From Tolypothrix carrinoi HA7290-LM1 (lineage in GTDB: Bacteria > Cyanobacteriota > Cyanobacteriia > Cyanobacteriales > Nostocaceae), in the NCBI GenBank assembly GCA_019358935.1, contig JAHHIK010000006.1:32001-96000 (forward strand): a stretch of DNA of 64,000 bases. The letters run 5' to 3'. The notes beneath the pieces are model-generated. The model did no database searches. It saw nothing but the letters and a program-made list of their open reading frames with translations, and was not told the DNA's origin. A program made the translations under genes and the position numbers. How positions within the stretch are numbered: the first letter of the stretch is position 1; every line of letters begins with the position of its first letter. Below, one piece after another: positions 49,948 to 58,872 of the stretch.

Positions 49948-52900
49948 TTATTTTTCTTCAATTGCTGCTTCAGCTTGATGAACTAAGTTTCGCAAATTTT
50001 CCACTGTTTGTATATTTACATCCTGCCATAAACCGCGCTTATGTGCTTCTAACATTCTCTCAGCAATATCACGCAATGCCCACGGATTCTTTTCTTGGAT
50101 AAATTCACAAACTGTGCGATCGCCTAAATAAGCTTCGACAATCCCCTGATACATATGGTCTTCGACGCATTTTGCTGTAGCATCGTAAGCAAATAAATAA
50201 TCCACCGTCGCTGCCATTTCAAATGCTCCTTTATAACCGTGACGCATCATTCCCGCAATCCATTTAGGATTAACTACACGAGAACGATATACCCGTGCGA
50301 TTTCTTCTTTCAGGTGACGGACTCGCGGGTTAGCGGGAATAGAATTATCACCAAAATAGGTTTGAGGATTTTTTAAGCGTATCGAACGTACTGCTGCTGT
50401 TAAACCGCCTTGAAATTGATAATAATCATCAGAATCGAGCAGATCGTGTTCGCGGTTATCTTGGTTTTGCAGCACTATTTGCATGTGCTTTAGGCGTTGC
50501 TCAAATGCTTCAGGGTTGGGGAGTGGGGACTGGGGAGTGGGGGAGTGGGGGAGTGGGGGAGTGGGGAGTGAGGAGTTAGGAGTTAGGAGTGAGGAGTTAT
50601 TAATTGCTTTGTCTTCTTGTCCTCCTTGTCCACGCCAGTCGCTACAACGGAGGGAACCTCCGCAACGCGCTGGCTCCCCTTGTCCTCCTTGTCCTCCTTG
50701 TCCTCCTTGTCCCGAAGAATAAGCATAGCAACTCCAATTTATGTAAGCACGGGCTAAATCCTCGTCATCTGTCCAATTTTGTGATTCGATTAAGCCTTGG
50801 AGTCCAGCACCGTAAGCACCTGGTTTAGAACCAAAAATCCGGTAACGCGATCGCACTTGCGCTTCTTCTGAAGTTAAACCTTCTGCAATCCAAAAATCTG
50901 TTTCTTCCTGTACTTGCGCTGCTAGGGGGTTTTGTGCTATAGGTTCATCTAACGCCGCCACTGCTTGCACCGCCGTATCAAATAAATCAATTAAATTCGG
51001 AAAAGCATCCCGAAAAAAGCCAGAAATTCGCAACGTTACATCTACGCGAGGACGCCCCAAAACCGAAAGGGGCAAAATTTCCAAATCCACCACCCGCCGC
51101 GCCATACCATCCCACACAGGCTGCACACCCAGCAAAGCCAACGCCTCAGCGATATCATCACCGCCAGTCCGCATTGTGGCAGTTCCCCACACAGATAATG
51201 CCAATGTTTTTGGATACTCCCCATGTTCTTGCGTGTAACATTCAATGAGAGTTTCCGCTGCCTTTCTGCCTATATCCCAAGCCGTTTCTGTGGGAATGGC
51301 GCGAATATCAATTGAGTAAAAGTTTTTACCTGTGGGCAAGACTTCCGGGCGTCCGCGTGTGGGAGCGCCGGCAGGAGCGCTAGGGACATATCCCCCATCA
51401 AGTCCGTGTAACAAGTAGACAATTTCTTCGTCTGTTTGTTGGAGAGCAGGAAGAAGACGCGATTGTATCCAGTTTAGGACTGGGGGGAGTGGGGAGTTGG
51501 GAGTGGGGAGTTGGAAGTAGTGGGGTGCAATCAATTGTTCTACCAACTCGGCAGCGTATTCTTCTAATACTTCAACAACATCACCTGCCGTGCGGCAAGA
51601 ATTAAGCCTCACGCAAAGACGCGAAGACGCAAAGGAATCTGACTTTGCGTCTTTGCGACTTTGCGTGAGAAAAAACTCTTTTCCCAAATCTGCCGTGAGG
51701 GGGTCGAAATCTAAACCTAAATCTTCAGCTATAGCGCGGGTGAATCCGATATGATGACGATTGGGTGTACGAGCGATCGCTACTATTAAATCTCGCAACT
51801 GACGACCATCAGGACATCGCCCAAAAATGTGCAACCCATCGCGGATTTGAGCCTCTTTTAATTCACAAAGATAACCATCAAGGTGGTTAATTGGTAATAG
51901 GGAATTGGGAATGGGTAATTGGGAATTGGTGAGCAGTCCGTTGGGCGGCTCTGCCGACTTGAAGGAACTGCGAACCCGGAGGGTAATTGGGAATTGGTCT
52001 TGGCTATTACCTATTACCCATTCTCCATTACCCATTTTCAAATCTTGATGTAAATTTTCTTGAAGAATTAGTTGAGTAATGCGATCGCATATCGTTGGCA
52101 AACGCGAAGGATCTAAACTTTCAGCCTCATAATACTCATCAATCAAATTTTCCAACTGTTGCAAAGAACCATAAAGTTCCGCACGAGTCATCGGCGGCGT
52201 CAGATGATCTATAATCACCGCTTGAGCGCGACGCTTCGCTTGTGAACCCTCACCAGGGTCATTCACAATAAACGGATACAAATGAGGAAGCGCTCCCAAA
52301 GCCACTTCTGGATAACAACTATCCGATAAAGCCACACTTTTACCTGGTAGCCATTCCAGATTTCCATGTTTCCCCACATGAACCACAGCATCAGCAGCAA
52401 AACATGTCCTTACCCAATAATAAAAAGCTAGATAACCATGAGTCGGTTCCAAATCTGGCGCGTGATAATTCAAACTAGGGTCAATATCATAACCCCGCGC
52501 CGGCTGAACACCCACAAAGACATTACCGAACTGAATTCCGGGAATGGGGAAAGGAGGGGGAGAGGGGGGGAGGGGGAGAGGGGGGGAATAATACTTACTT
52601 TGTTCTTCCTTCTTCGCGTCCTTCTCCTGTCGGAGACGCTGCGCGAACGCGACTTCGCGGTTCGTTTCAAAACCAAAACCCCACCGCTCACCAACACCCT
52701 GCCTTACACCCTCCGGTAAACCAGCAAAATACTTTTCATACTCCGCCATAGAAACACATTGCTGTACCGGACGCCACTCTTTACCTTCCGGATCGTTCGT
52801 CACCCCACTTGTAAGACGTTGAATCAACTCGTCTCCATCTGCGGGTAGATTTTCTACATGATATCCAGCAGACTGCAAAGCCTTAAGAATTTCCACACAA

Positions 52901-54129
52901 CTAGCCGGCGTATCGAGTCCCACACCATTAGCAATGCGACCATCGCGGGTGGGATAATTAGCCAAAATTAAAGCTACATGACGTTCTTCCGGTGGTGTTA
53001 AGCGCAGACGCACCCAATTTGCGGCTAAGTCCGCGACAAACGAAATCCGCGAAGCGATCGCTTCATAAACTACCACATCCGTTTGTAAATTCGGATTGCG
53101 AGTTTGCACAGCCTTAAAAGACACAGCGCGGCTAATAATGCGTCCATCCACTTCAGGTAACGCCACATTCATCGCCATATCGCGGGGTGAAAGTCCTTGA
53201 AACTGCGACTCCCACTGTTCAACAGAACCACCAGAAAGAATAACCTGCAATACCGGCACATCTAATTTTTGCCATAATTCAAGCTGGGGTGTTTCTGTAT
53301 CCAACCGCGCCAAAGAAAAACTGGTAGTATTTAGCAGCAGTGCAACTTGTTCTGAATCTTTTGGCTGAAAAAACTCGATTAACTCAGCTTGGACATCGCG
53401 ATCGCGCAACGAAGAAACAAACAAAGGCACAGCTTCTAAATTCCGCTTTGCCAAAGCTTCGCACAAAACATCAATTACCTTGGTATTTCCCGCTAGATAA
53501 TGAGCGCGGTAGAAGATGATGCCAACTTTGGGGAGGGGACGAGTGGGGGAGAGGGGGAGGGGAGGAGTGGGGGAGAGGGAGAGGGGGGAATATAAACCGA
53601 CACGCGGCACTACTTGCGGTAATGGGGGATTAAAAGAAGTTGAAAGGCAAATATCGGTAATATACTTGAGAGCATTGACAATATTTTCTACGCCACCTTC
53701 GCGGAAGTATTGCCATACTAGGTTTACAGCAGTTACAGTCAAAGTTGAGAAAGTGATTAAATCGGCATCAAGAGCATCGTCTCCTGGCATTACAATTAGG
53801 GTTGTGCCATTACGCTGGACAATTTCCTGCACTACTTCCAAACCGTAAGACCAGTAGGAGCGTCCTCCTAACAGTCGTAAAATTATTACCTGGGCAAATT
53901 CCAAAACTTGTTCGGCGTATGTGTCAATGTTTATTTGATTCTGTAACTGCAATAAATTGGCGACTCTTAATGCCGGAAACGTTGATGGTAATTTGGGGAA
54001 TGCAGCTGCCAAAGTCTGAATATCCGTATCAGCAGCCGTAATAAATACCAAAGGGGCTGGAGTTTGTTCAAAAAAAACTACGCCTTCTGAGTTATTCCAT
54101 CCTACAGATGTGGCATTTATTCGATGCAT
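49948..54129 (-). CDS. cobN: Cobaltochelatase subunit CobN with several repeat-derived in-frame insertions
   Basis: VALPEVDG, HVGKHGNLEWLPGK, NDPGEGSQAKRR, LPTGKNFY, RVDVTLRISGFFRD, NPKWIAGM. Confidence 0.96.
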   Translation of the reverse strand: MHRINATSVGWNNSEGVVFFEQTPAPLVFITAADTDIQTLAAAFPKLPSTFPALRVANLLQLQNQINIDTYAEQVLEFAQVIILRLLGGRSYWSYGLEVVQEIVQRNGTTLIVMPGDDALDADLITFSTLTVTAVNLVWQYFREGGVENIVNALKYITDICLSTSFNPPLPQVVPRVGLYSPLSLSPTPPLPLSPTRPLPKVGIIFYRAHYLAGNTKVIDVLCEALAKRNLEAVPLFVSSLRDRDVQAELIEFFQPKDSEQVALLLNTTSFSLARLDTETPQLELWQKLDVPVLQVILSGGSVEQWESQFQGLSPRDMAMNVALPEVDGRIISRAVSFKAVQTRNPNLQTDVVVYEAIASRISFVADLAANWVRLRLTPPEERHVALILANYPTRDGRIANGVGLDTPASCVEILKALQSAGYHVENLPADGDELIQRLTSGVTNDPEGKEWRPVQQCVSMAEYEKYFAGLPEGVRQGVGERWGFGFETNREVAFAQRLRQEKDAKKEEQSKYYSPPLPLPPSPPPFPIPGIQFGNVFVGVQPARGYDIDPSLNYHAPDLEPTHGYLAFYYWVRTCFAADAVVHVGKHGNLEWLPGKSVALSDSCYPEVALGALPHLYPFIVNDPGEGSQAKRRAQAVIIDHLTPPMTRAELYGSLQQLENLIDEYYEAESLDPSRLPTICDRITQLILQENLHQDLKMGNGEWVIGNSQDQFPITLRVRSSFKSAEPPNGLLTNSQLPIPNSLLPINHLDGYLCELKEAQIRDGLHIFGRCPDGRQLRDLIVAIARTPNRHHIGFTRAIAEDLGLDFDPLTADLGKEFFLTQSRKDAKSDSFASSRLCVRLNSCRTAGDVVEVLEEYAAELVEQLIAPHYFQLPTPNSPLPPVLNWIQSRLLPALQQTDEEIVYLLHGLDGGYVPSAPAGAPTRGRPEVLPTGKNFYSIDIRAIPTETAWDIGRKAAETLIECYTQEHGEYPKTLALSVWGTATMRTGGDDIAEALALLGVQPVWDGMARRVVDLEILPLSVLGRPRVDVTLRISGFFRDAFPNLIDLFDTAVQAVAALDEPIAQNPLAAQVQEETDFWIAEGLTSEEAQVRSRYRIFGSKPGAYGAGLQGLIESQNWTDDEDLARAYINWSCYAYSSGQGGQGGQGGQGEPARCGGSLRCSDWRGQGGQEDKAINNSSLLTPNSSLPTPPLPHSPTPQSPLPNPEAFEQRLKHMQIVLQNQDNREHDLLDSDDYYQFQGGLTAAVRSIRLKNPQTYFGDNSIPANPRVRHLKEEIARVYRSRVVNPKWIAGMMRHGYKGAFEMAATVDYLFAYDATAKCVEDHMYQGIVEAYLGDRTVCEFIQEKNPWALRDIAERMLEAHKRGLWQDVNIQTVENLRNLVHQAEAAIEEK

Positions 54130-54219
54130 AATCTTCTATTACCGTTTTAAACTGTTGGTTAGGAAACAAAAAAAACTTTATCGCACAGCATCCAGCCGTT
54201 CTCACTCTAATTTTTGAAA

Positions 54220-56208
54220 ATGCTTAGTTCTCCTGATTTGAGCTTTTCTCGAATTTTGCCAATAGATGTATTTAATCAGCTTGGGGAATTGTTGCAGCAG
54301 ATGCAACTTGAAGCAGTGGGAAGTGCAGCTTTGGTTCTGACAGAGGCTGTGCTAGCACGGATTATGAGCAAGAGTGAGAGGCAAAAGCAAAAGTTTACGT
54401 TGGTGGTTTCAGAGCAGTTTAGCGCTCTGTTGGTGGGAAACCAAGAAGAAAACGTAGGAATGTGCGTTGCAGGAAGTTTTCCTGATTTAAATGAAGTGTC
54501 TTTGCCACAAGGGGAAAATCAGATCGAGAGAGAATTTATCCCACTGACTCCGGACGCTACATTATACGCTAGTTTGACGTTTAATTCACAAGCGATCGCC
54601 GACTTTATCTCCCAACTGAAAGATTTGTTTGCTCATGATTCTCACACTTACCAGCACCTCGAACGCTATCTGCAAATTCCCAGTATTAATGATGCCACGC
54701 TTCAAGGCAAATTCACGCTGTTGTTATTAGAATATCTGCTGCCGCTACAAAATCAGTTTTTTACAGCCTCAGATACCAACTTTAATCATGTTTCTGTCTG
54801 TCAGCCAATAGAAGATGCCCTGAAAAAACAGATTTCTCAAGAACGATTATTAAATCAGGTGACAACTCAGATCCGCAAAAGCCAGGATTTGCAGGTAATT
54901 ATGGCAACAGCGATCGCACAAGTGCGGGAGTTTTTGCAATTAGATAGATTGGTAATCTATAAATTTGATGAATCAGCACTTAAGAGGAGCCAGTCAAGAC
55001 TTGCCAAATCAAAGACGCAATCACAGCAAAATTGGCAGCAATATAGAGGTTGTATTGTATATGAAGCGCGTGCTACAGATACTATTCCATCGGTGTTGAA
55101 TTATCAAGAAAAAAATTGCTTTGTGCCGCCTTTTGAATGTTGGGAGAAGTATCGCCAAGGCTTTACTTTAGCTGTTGATGATGTAGAAAAAACTTATGTT
55201 TTGTCAGAGTGTTTGTTGAACTTTTTAAGGAGAAGTAAAGTCCGGGCAAAGTTAGCAGCACCGATTATTTATGAGGATAAACTTTGGGGACTGTTGATTG
55301 CTAATCAGTGCCATGATTCACATCATTGGACTGAAAGTGAAATAAATTTGCTGACTTCTATAGCTGAACAATTAGCGATCGCTATTTATCAATCTGAGTT
55401 AATGCGATCGCTGACTGAAGAAAAACAAACTCTGGAACACCGAGTAATTGAGCGGACAATGGCGCTACGCGAAGCTTTAGTTGCTGCTGAAGCCGCTAGC
55501 CGCCTGAAAAGTGAATTTCTCGCGACTATCAGCCATGAATTGCTCACTCCTTTAACTTATGTAATCGGTATGTCTTCGACTTTGTTACGCTGGCCCATAG
55601 GAGAATTAAGTCAGCGTCAACGAGACTATCTACAAACAATCCACGACAGTGGAGAACATTTATTAGAAATGATAAATGACATCCTCGATTTATCGCAAAT
55701 AGAGGCAGGAAAAGCAGTTTTAAATATTTCGGAATTTTCTTTAACGAATATAGCTCAAAGAACTGTAGAATCGTTGCAAGAAAAAGCGATAAGCGAGCAG
55801 ATACAATTTAAACTAGATTTACAAATCGATTGCCAACGCGATCGCTTTACCGCCGATGTATCGCGAGTAGAACAAATTCTCTGGAATCTGTCAAGTAATG
55901 CCATCAAATTTACCCCAGAAGGTGGTAATGTAACTTTACGTCTTTGGGTAGAAGACGACAACGCCATCTTTCAAGTAGAAGATACTGGTATTGGCATTCC
56001 CGAAGAGCAATTGCCATTACTATTTGAAAAATTTCAACAACTAGATACACCACTACGCCGTCGCTATGAAGGCACCGGCGTTGGTTTGGCATTAACCAAA
56101 CAACTCATAGAACTGCATCGCGGTCGAATTGAAGTAGAATCAACGGTAGCCATTGGCTCAATTTTTACCGTCTGGATACCGCAACAACCGATGAAAGTGG
56201 GGAGTTAG
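54220..56208 (+). CDS. cikA: CikA-like GAF sensor histidine kinase lacking a C-terminal receiver domain
   Basis: GAF (DRLVIYKF, NCF, LWGLLIA), H-box SHELLTPL, N/G1/F/G2 boxes; divergent from cobN. Confidence 0.8.
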   Translation: MLSSPDLSFSRILPIDVFNQLGELLQQMQLEAVGSAALVLTEAVLARIMSKSERQKQKFTLVVSEQFSALLVGNQEENVGMCVAGSFPDLNEVSLPQGENQIEREFIPLTPDATLYASLTFNSQAIADFISQLKDLFAHDSHTYQHLERYLQIPSINDATLQGKFTLLLLEYLLPLQNQFFTASDTNFNHVSVCQPIEDALKKQISQERLLNQVTTQIRKSQDLQVIMATAIAQVREFLQLDRLVIYKFDESALKRSQSRLAKSKTQSQQNWQQYRGCIVYEARATDTIPSVLNYQEKNCFVPPFECWEKYRQGFTLAVDDVEKTYVLSECLLNFLRRSKVRAKLAAPIIYEDKLWGLLIANQCHDSHHWTESEINLLTSIAEQLAIAIYQSELMRSLTEEKQTLEHRVIERTMALREALVAAEAASRLKSEFLATISHELLTPLTYVIGMSSTLLRWPIGELSQRQRDYLQTIHDSGEHLLEMINDILDLSQIEAGKAVLNISEFSLTNIAQRTVESLQEKAISEQIQFKLDLQIDCQRDRFTADVSRVEQILWNLSSNAIKFTPEGGNVTLRLWVEDDNAIFQVEDTGIGIPEEQLPLLFEKFQQLDTPLRRRYEGTGVGLALTKQLIELHRGRIEVESTVAIGSIFTVWIPQQPMKVGS

Positions 56209-56372
56209 AAGTTAGGAGTTAGGAGTTAAGAGTTAGAAGTTAGGAGTTAAGAGTTAGGAGTTAAAAGTTAGGAGTTAGTGTTAATTCTCCCCCTCATCCC
56301 CCTCATCCCCCTCATCCCCCTCATCCCCCTCATCCCCCTTGTCTCCCCATCCCCCCATCCCCCCATCCCTCC
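56200..56372. repeat. (GGAGTTA)n, (CCCCTCATC)n and (CCCCCATC)n tandem repeats
   Basis: Visible runs between cikA and nanE. Confidence 0.9.
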
Positions 56373-56375
56373 TCC

Positions 56376-57056
56376 ATGTCAATAGAAACCCTACGCCACG
56401 GATTAATTGTCTCCTGCCAAGCGCCTGTTGATTCGCCACTGCATGAACCAAGAGTAATTGCAGCGATCGCGCAAGCAGCTGTGAATAACGGTGCGATTGG
56501 CGTAAGAATCGATACCCCAGCACACATCAGCGCCGTGCGCGAACAAGTGAAAGTGCCAATTATTGGGCTATGGAAGCAAGTTATAGCAGGAACTGAAGTA
56601 TACATTACGCCACAGTTTCATCATGCGTCTGCGGTGGCGAAAGCGGGAGCGGATATTATAGCGATTGATGCGACTACGAGAAATCGCCCTGAGGGTGAAA
56701 CAGTAAGCGATATCATTGCTCGGATTCATCAGGAATTAGGCAAATTAGTAATGGCAGATGTAGATACAATCGAGGCGGCTGTTTTAGCTACAAAAGCTGG
56801 TGCTGACATTGTAGGGACAACGCTTTTTGGATACACTGCTGCAACTAAGCATCTTGCTCCCCCCGGTTGGGAACTCCTGAAGCAGATGGTAGAATTAGAC
56901 ATTCCCGCGATTTGTGAAGGTGGCATTTCCTCACCTCAGATGGCGCGTCAAGCTTTAGATTTAGGGGCATACGCAGTAGTCGTAGGTACTGCGATTACCG
57001 GGATAGATTTGCAAGTTAAAGCGTATATCAGACAACTGACGTATTGCGATGCTTAA
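56376..57056 (+). CDS. nanE: N-acetylmannosamine-6-phosphate 2-epimerase
   Basis: GLIVSCQA, PIIGLWK, VYITP, MADV, GTTLFGYT, EGGI, VVGTAIT. Confidence 0.93.
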   Translation: MSIETLRHGLIVSCQAPVDSPLHEPRVIAAIAQAAVNNGAIGVRIDTPAHISAVREQVKVPIIGLWKQVIAGTEVYITPQFHHASAVAKAGADIIAIDATTRNRPEGETVSDIIARIHQELGKLVMADVDTIEAAVLATKAGADIVGTTLFGYTAATKHLAPPGWELLKQMVELDIPAICEGGISSPQMARQALDLGAYAVVVGTAITGIDLQVKAYIRQLTYCDA

Positions 57057-57127
57057 AATTTGGAACAAAAGCCTCAAACTTTCTCAAGAACTCTCCCTCT
57101 GGAGCCTCAACGATAAAATTAAAAGCC

Positions 57128-58381
57128 TTACAGCTTATTAGCTATCAACTTAGCATAGCTTTCTGGACCAAATACTCCATCTGGCTCCAGTAAATTATCT
57201 CTCTGAAATTTTTCAACAGCTGATTTTGTTAATGACCCAAAGTTGCCATCTGTTTTACCAACTTTATATCCTTTATCTTTTAGTTTTTGTTGAAGTTCTT
57301 GAACATCAGACCCTATATTGCCATATTGGAGATAAACTAAATTGGCATAGTTTTTGCTTTTCAGGAAGTTTGCTAAAGCTTGATTATTTGCTTTCAAACC
57401 TTCAAAAAAGAATAGGATTTCGCCACGAATTCCAGAACGACGATTGTGGCGAATAGATTCCCACAAGGTATCAGGAGTAATTTGATAGTTGCCAGAGCGA
57501 ATTAAAATGCCTGGTGATATTTTAGATAGGTTTTTTTGTTGAAAACGATCCACAACATTATCAACAAACCCTTTGTATGCGTCTAAACCCTGTGTATATA
57601 GCTGAGGATGAATTAAATCGACAATTTGACGATTTATCCAAGTAGGTACATCTTGTAAATATTCATTAAACCCAAAAGGATAAGAACTAGGAGACATAGA
57701 AACAATCAGGTTTGGATTAATCTTTTTGACTTCTCGATATAACTTTGCCAAAAAGTCATTCAAAATATTTGCTCGCCATTCAAGCCAAGGACGATTTTTG
57801 AAGTCTAAGGGTGGCTCTTCTCCAAATTGATTGCGATACAATACTTTAGTTTTATTGTCATAGCCTCCTTCTGAAGGCATGGCTGGTAAGCGATCGTCTC
57901 CTTGCACCCCGGCTATTTGATAATTTTTTGCTACCTCTAAAAAGAGATTTAACAAAAAATTTTGAACTTCTGGATCGAGGGAATTCATCCAGACTATATC
58001 ATTTTTGATGAGGCGTTGTTGCTTTTTATCTTTACCTTCCCATTCAGGTTTTTTCTCGATGATATGCCCGCCATTGTTTTTATAGGCAGCAGCAAAACCA
58101 TATTCAAACCAAGGAATTACCTCTAGTCCTAATGGTGTGGCTGCTTCAATCACTTCAGAAAGAATATCTCTCTTTGTAAAGGCAGGTAAAATTTCTACTC
58201 CAAAGTTCTTTTTTAAAGTAGCACTTGGATAAAGAGTGTAACCATTATTCCAAACCACTGGAAAGACTGTATTAAATCCAGTGTCTGCTAAGAGTTTCAT
58301 TGCCTCAACGATATTTGCTTTGGAACTCAAGACATTACTAGCAGCAGTGGTTAACCAAACACCACGAATTTTTTTCATCAT
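57128..58381 (-). CDS. Glycoside hydrolase-like family 10 (DUF187) protein with a C-terminal PG-binding domain
   Basis: IRGVWLT, NTVFPVVW..G, IPWFEYG, GVQGDD, HPQLY; LQYGNIGSDV...DGVFGP. Confidence 0.88.
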   Translation of the reverse strand: MMKKIRGVWLTTAASNVLSSKANIVEAMKLLADTGFNTVFPVVWNNGYTLYPSATLKKNFGVEILPAFTKRDILSEVIEAATPLGLEVIPWFEYGFAAAYKNNGGHIIEKKPEWEGKDKKQQRLIKNDIVWMNSLDPEVQNFLLNLFLEVAKNYQIAGVQGDDRLPAMPSEGGYDNKTKVLYRNQFGEEPPLDFKNRPWLEWRANILNDFLAKLYREVKKINPNLIVSMSPSSYPFGFNEYLQDVPTWINRQIVDLIHPQLYTQGLDAYKGFVDNVVDRFQQKNLSKISPGILIRSGNYQITPDTLWESIRHNRRSGIRGEILFFFEGLKANNQALANFLKSKNYANLVYLQYGNIGSDVQELQQKLKDKGYKVGKTDGNFGSLTKSAVEKFQRDNLLEPDGVFGPESYAKLIANKL

Positions 58382-58493
58382 CTTTCTCTAATTTTTGATT
58401 TCGCCTTACAGAAACTATCTTCTCCGATTTGGGACTCCTTTTTACGCTTGGTGTACTAAGTACAGCATTTCATTAATACGATCGCGAATTAAA

Positions 58494-58750
58494 GAACCCC
58501 TCTCCAAACCTCTCACGCCAGGTGCTACAACGGGGGGAACCCCCGCAACGCACTGGCTCCCCGAAGCGGGGAGAGGCTAACAACGCATATTCTTTTCTCC
58601 AAACCTCTCACGCCAGGTGCTACAACGGGGGGAACCCCCGCAACGCACTGGCTCCCCGAAGGGGGGAGAGGCTAACAACGCATATTCTTTCGTACCAAGT
58701 TGTAGATTTTTGCCCCTTCCTTTCAAGGGAAGGGGTTGGGGTTAGGTTCC
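58494..58750. repeat. Composite palindromic repeat with a 95-bp tandem duplication
   Basis: 58501-58595 and 58596-58690 are near-identical, each holding the 45-nt ACGCCAG...CTGGCTC element. Confidence 0.85.
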
Positions 58751-58872
58751 GTCGAACTCACATTAAAGAAAGGCACTCAAGAGTGCAATGCCAATGCATC
58801 CCCCCTTGTCCCCCTCGTCCCCCTTGTCCCCCTTGTCCCCCTTGTCCCCCTTGTCTAATTTCTCAGCTTGGT

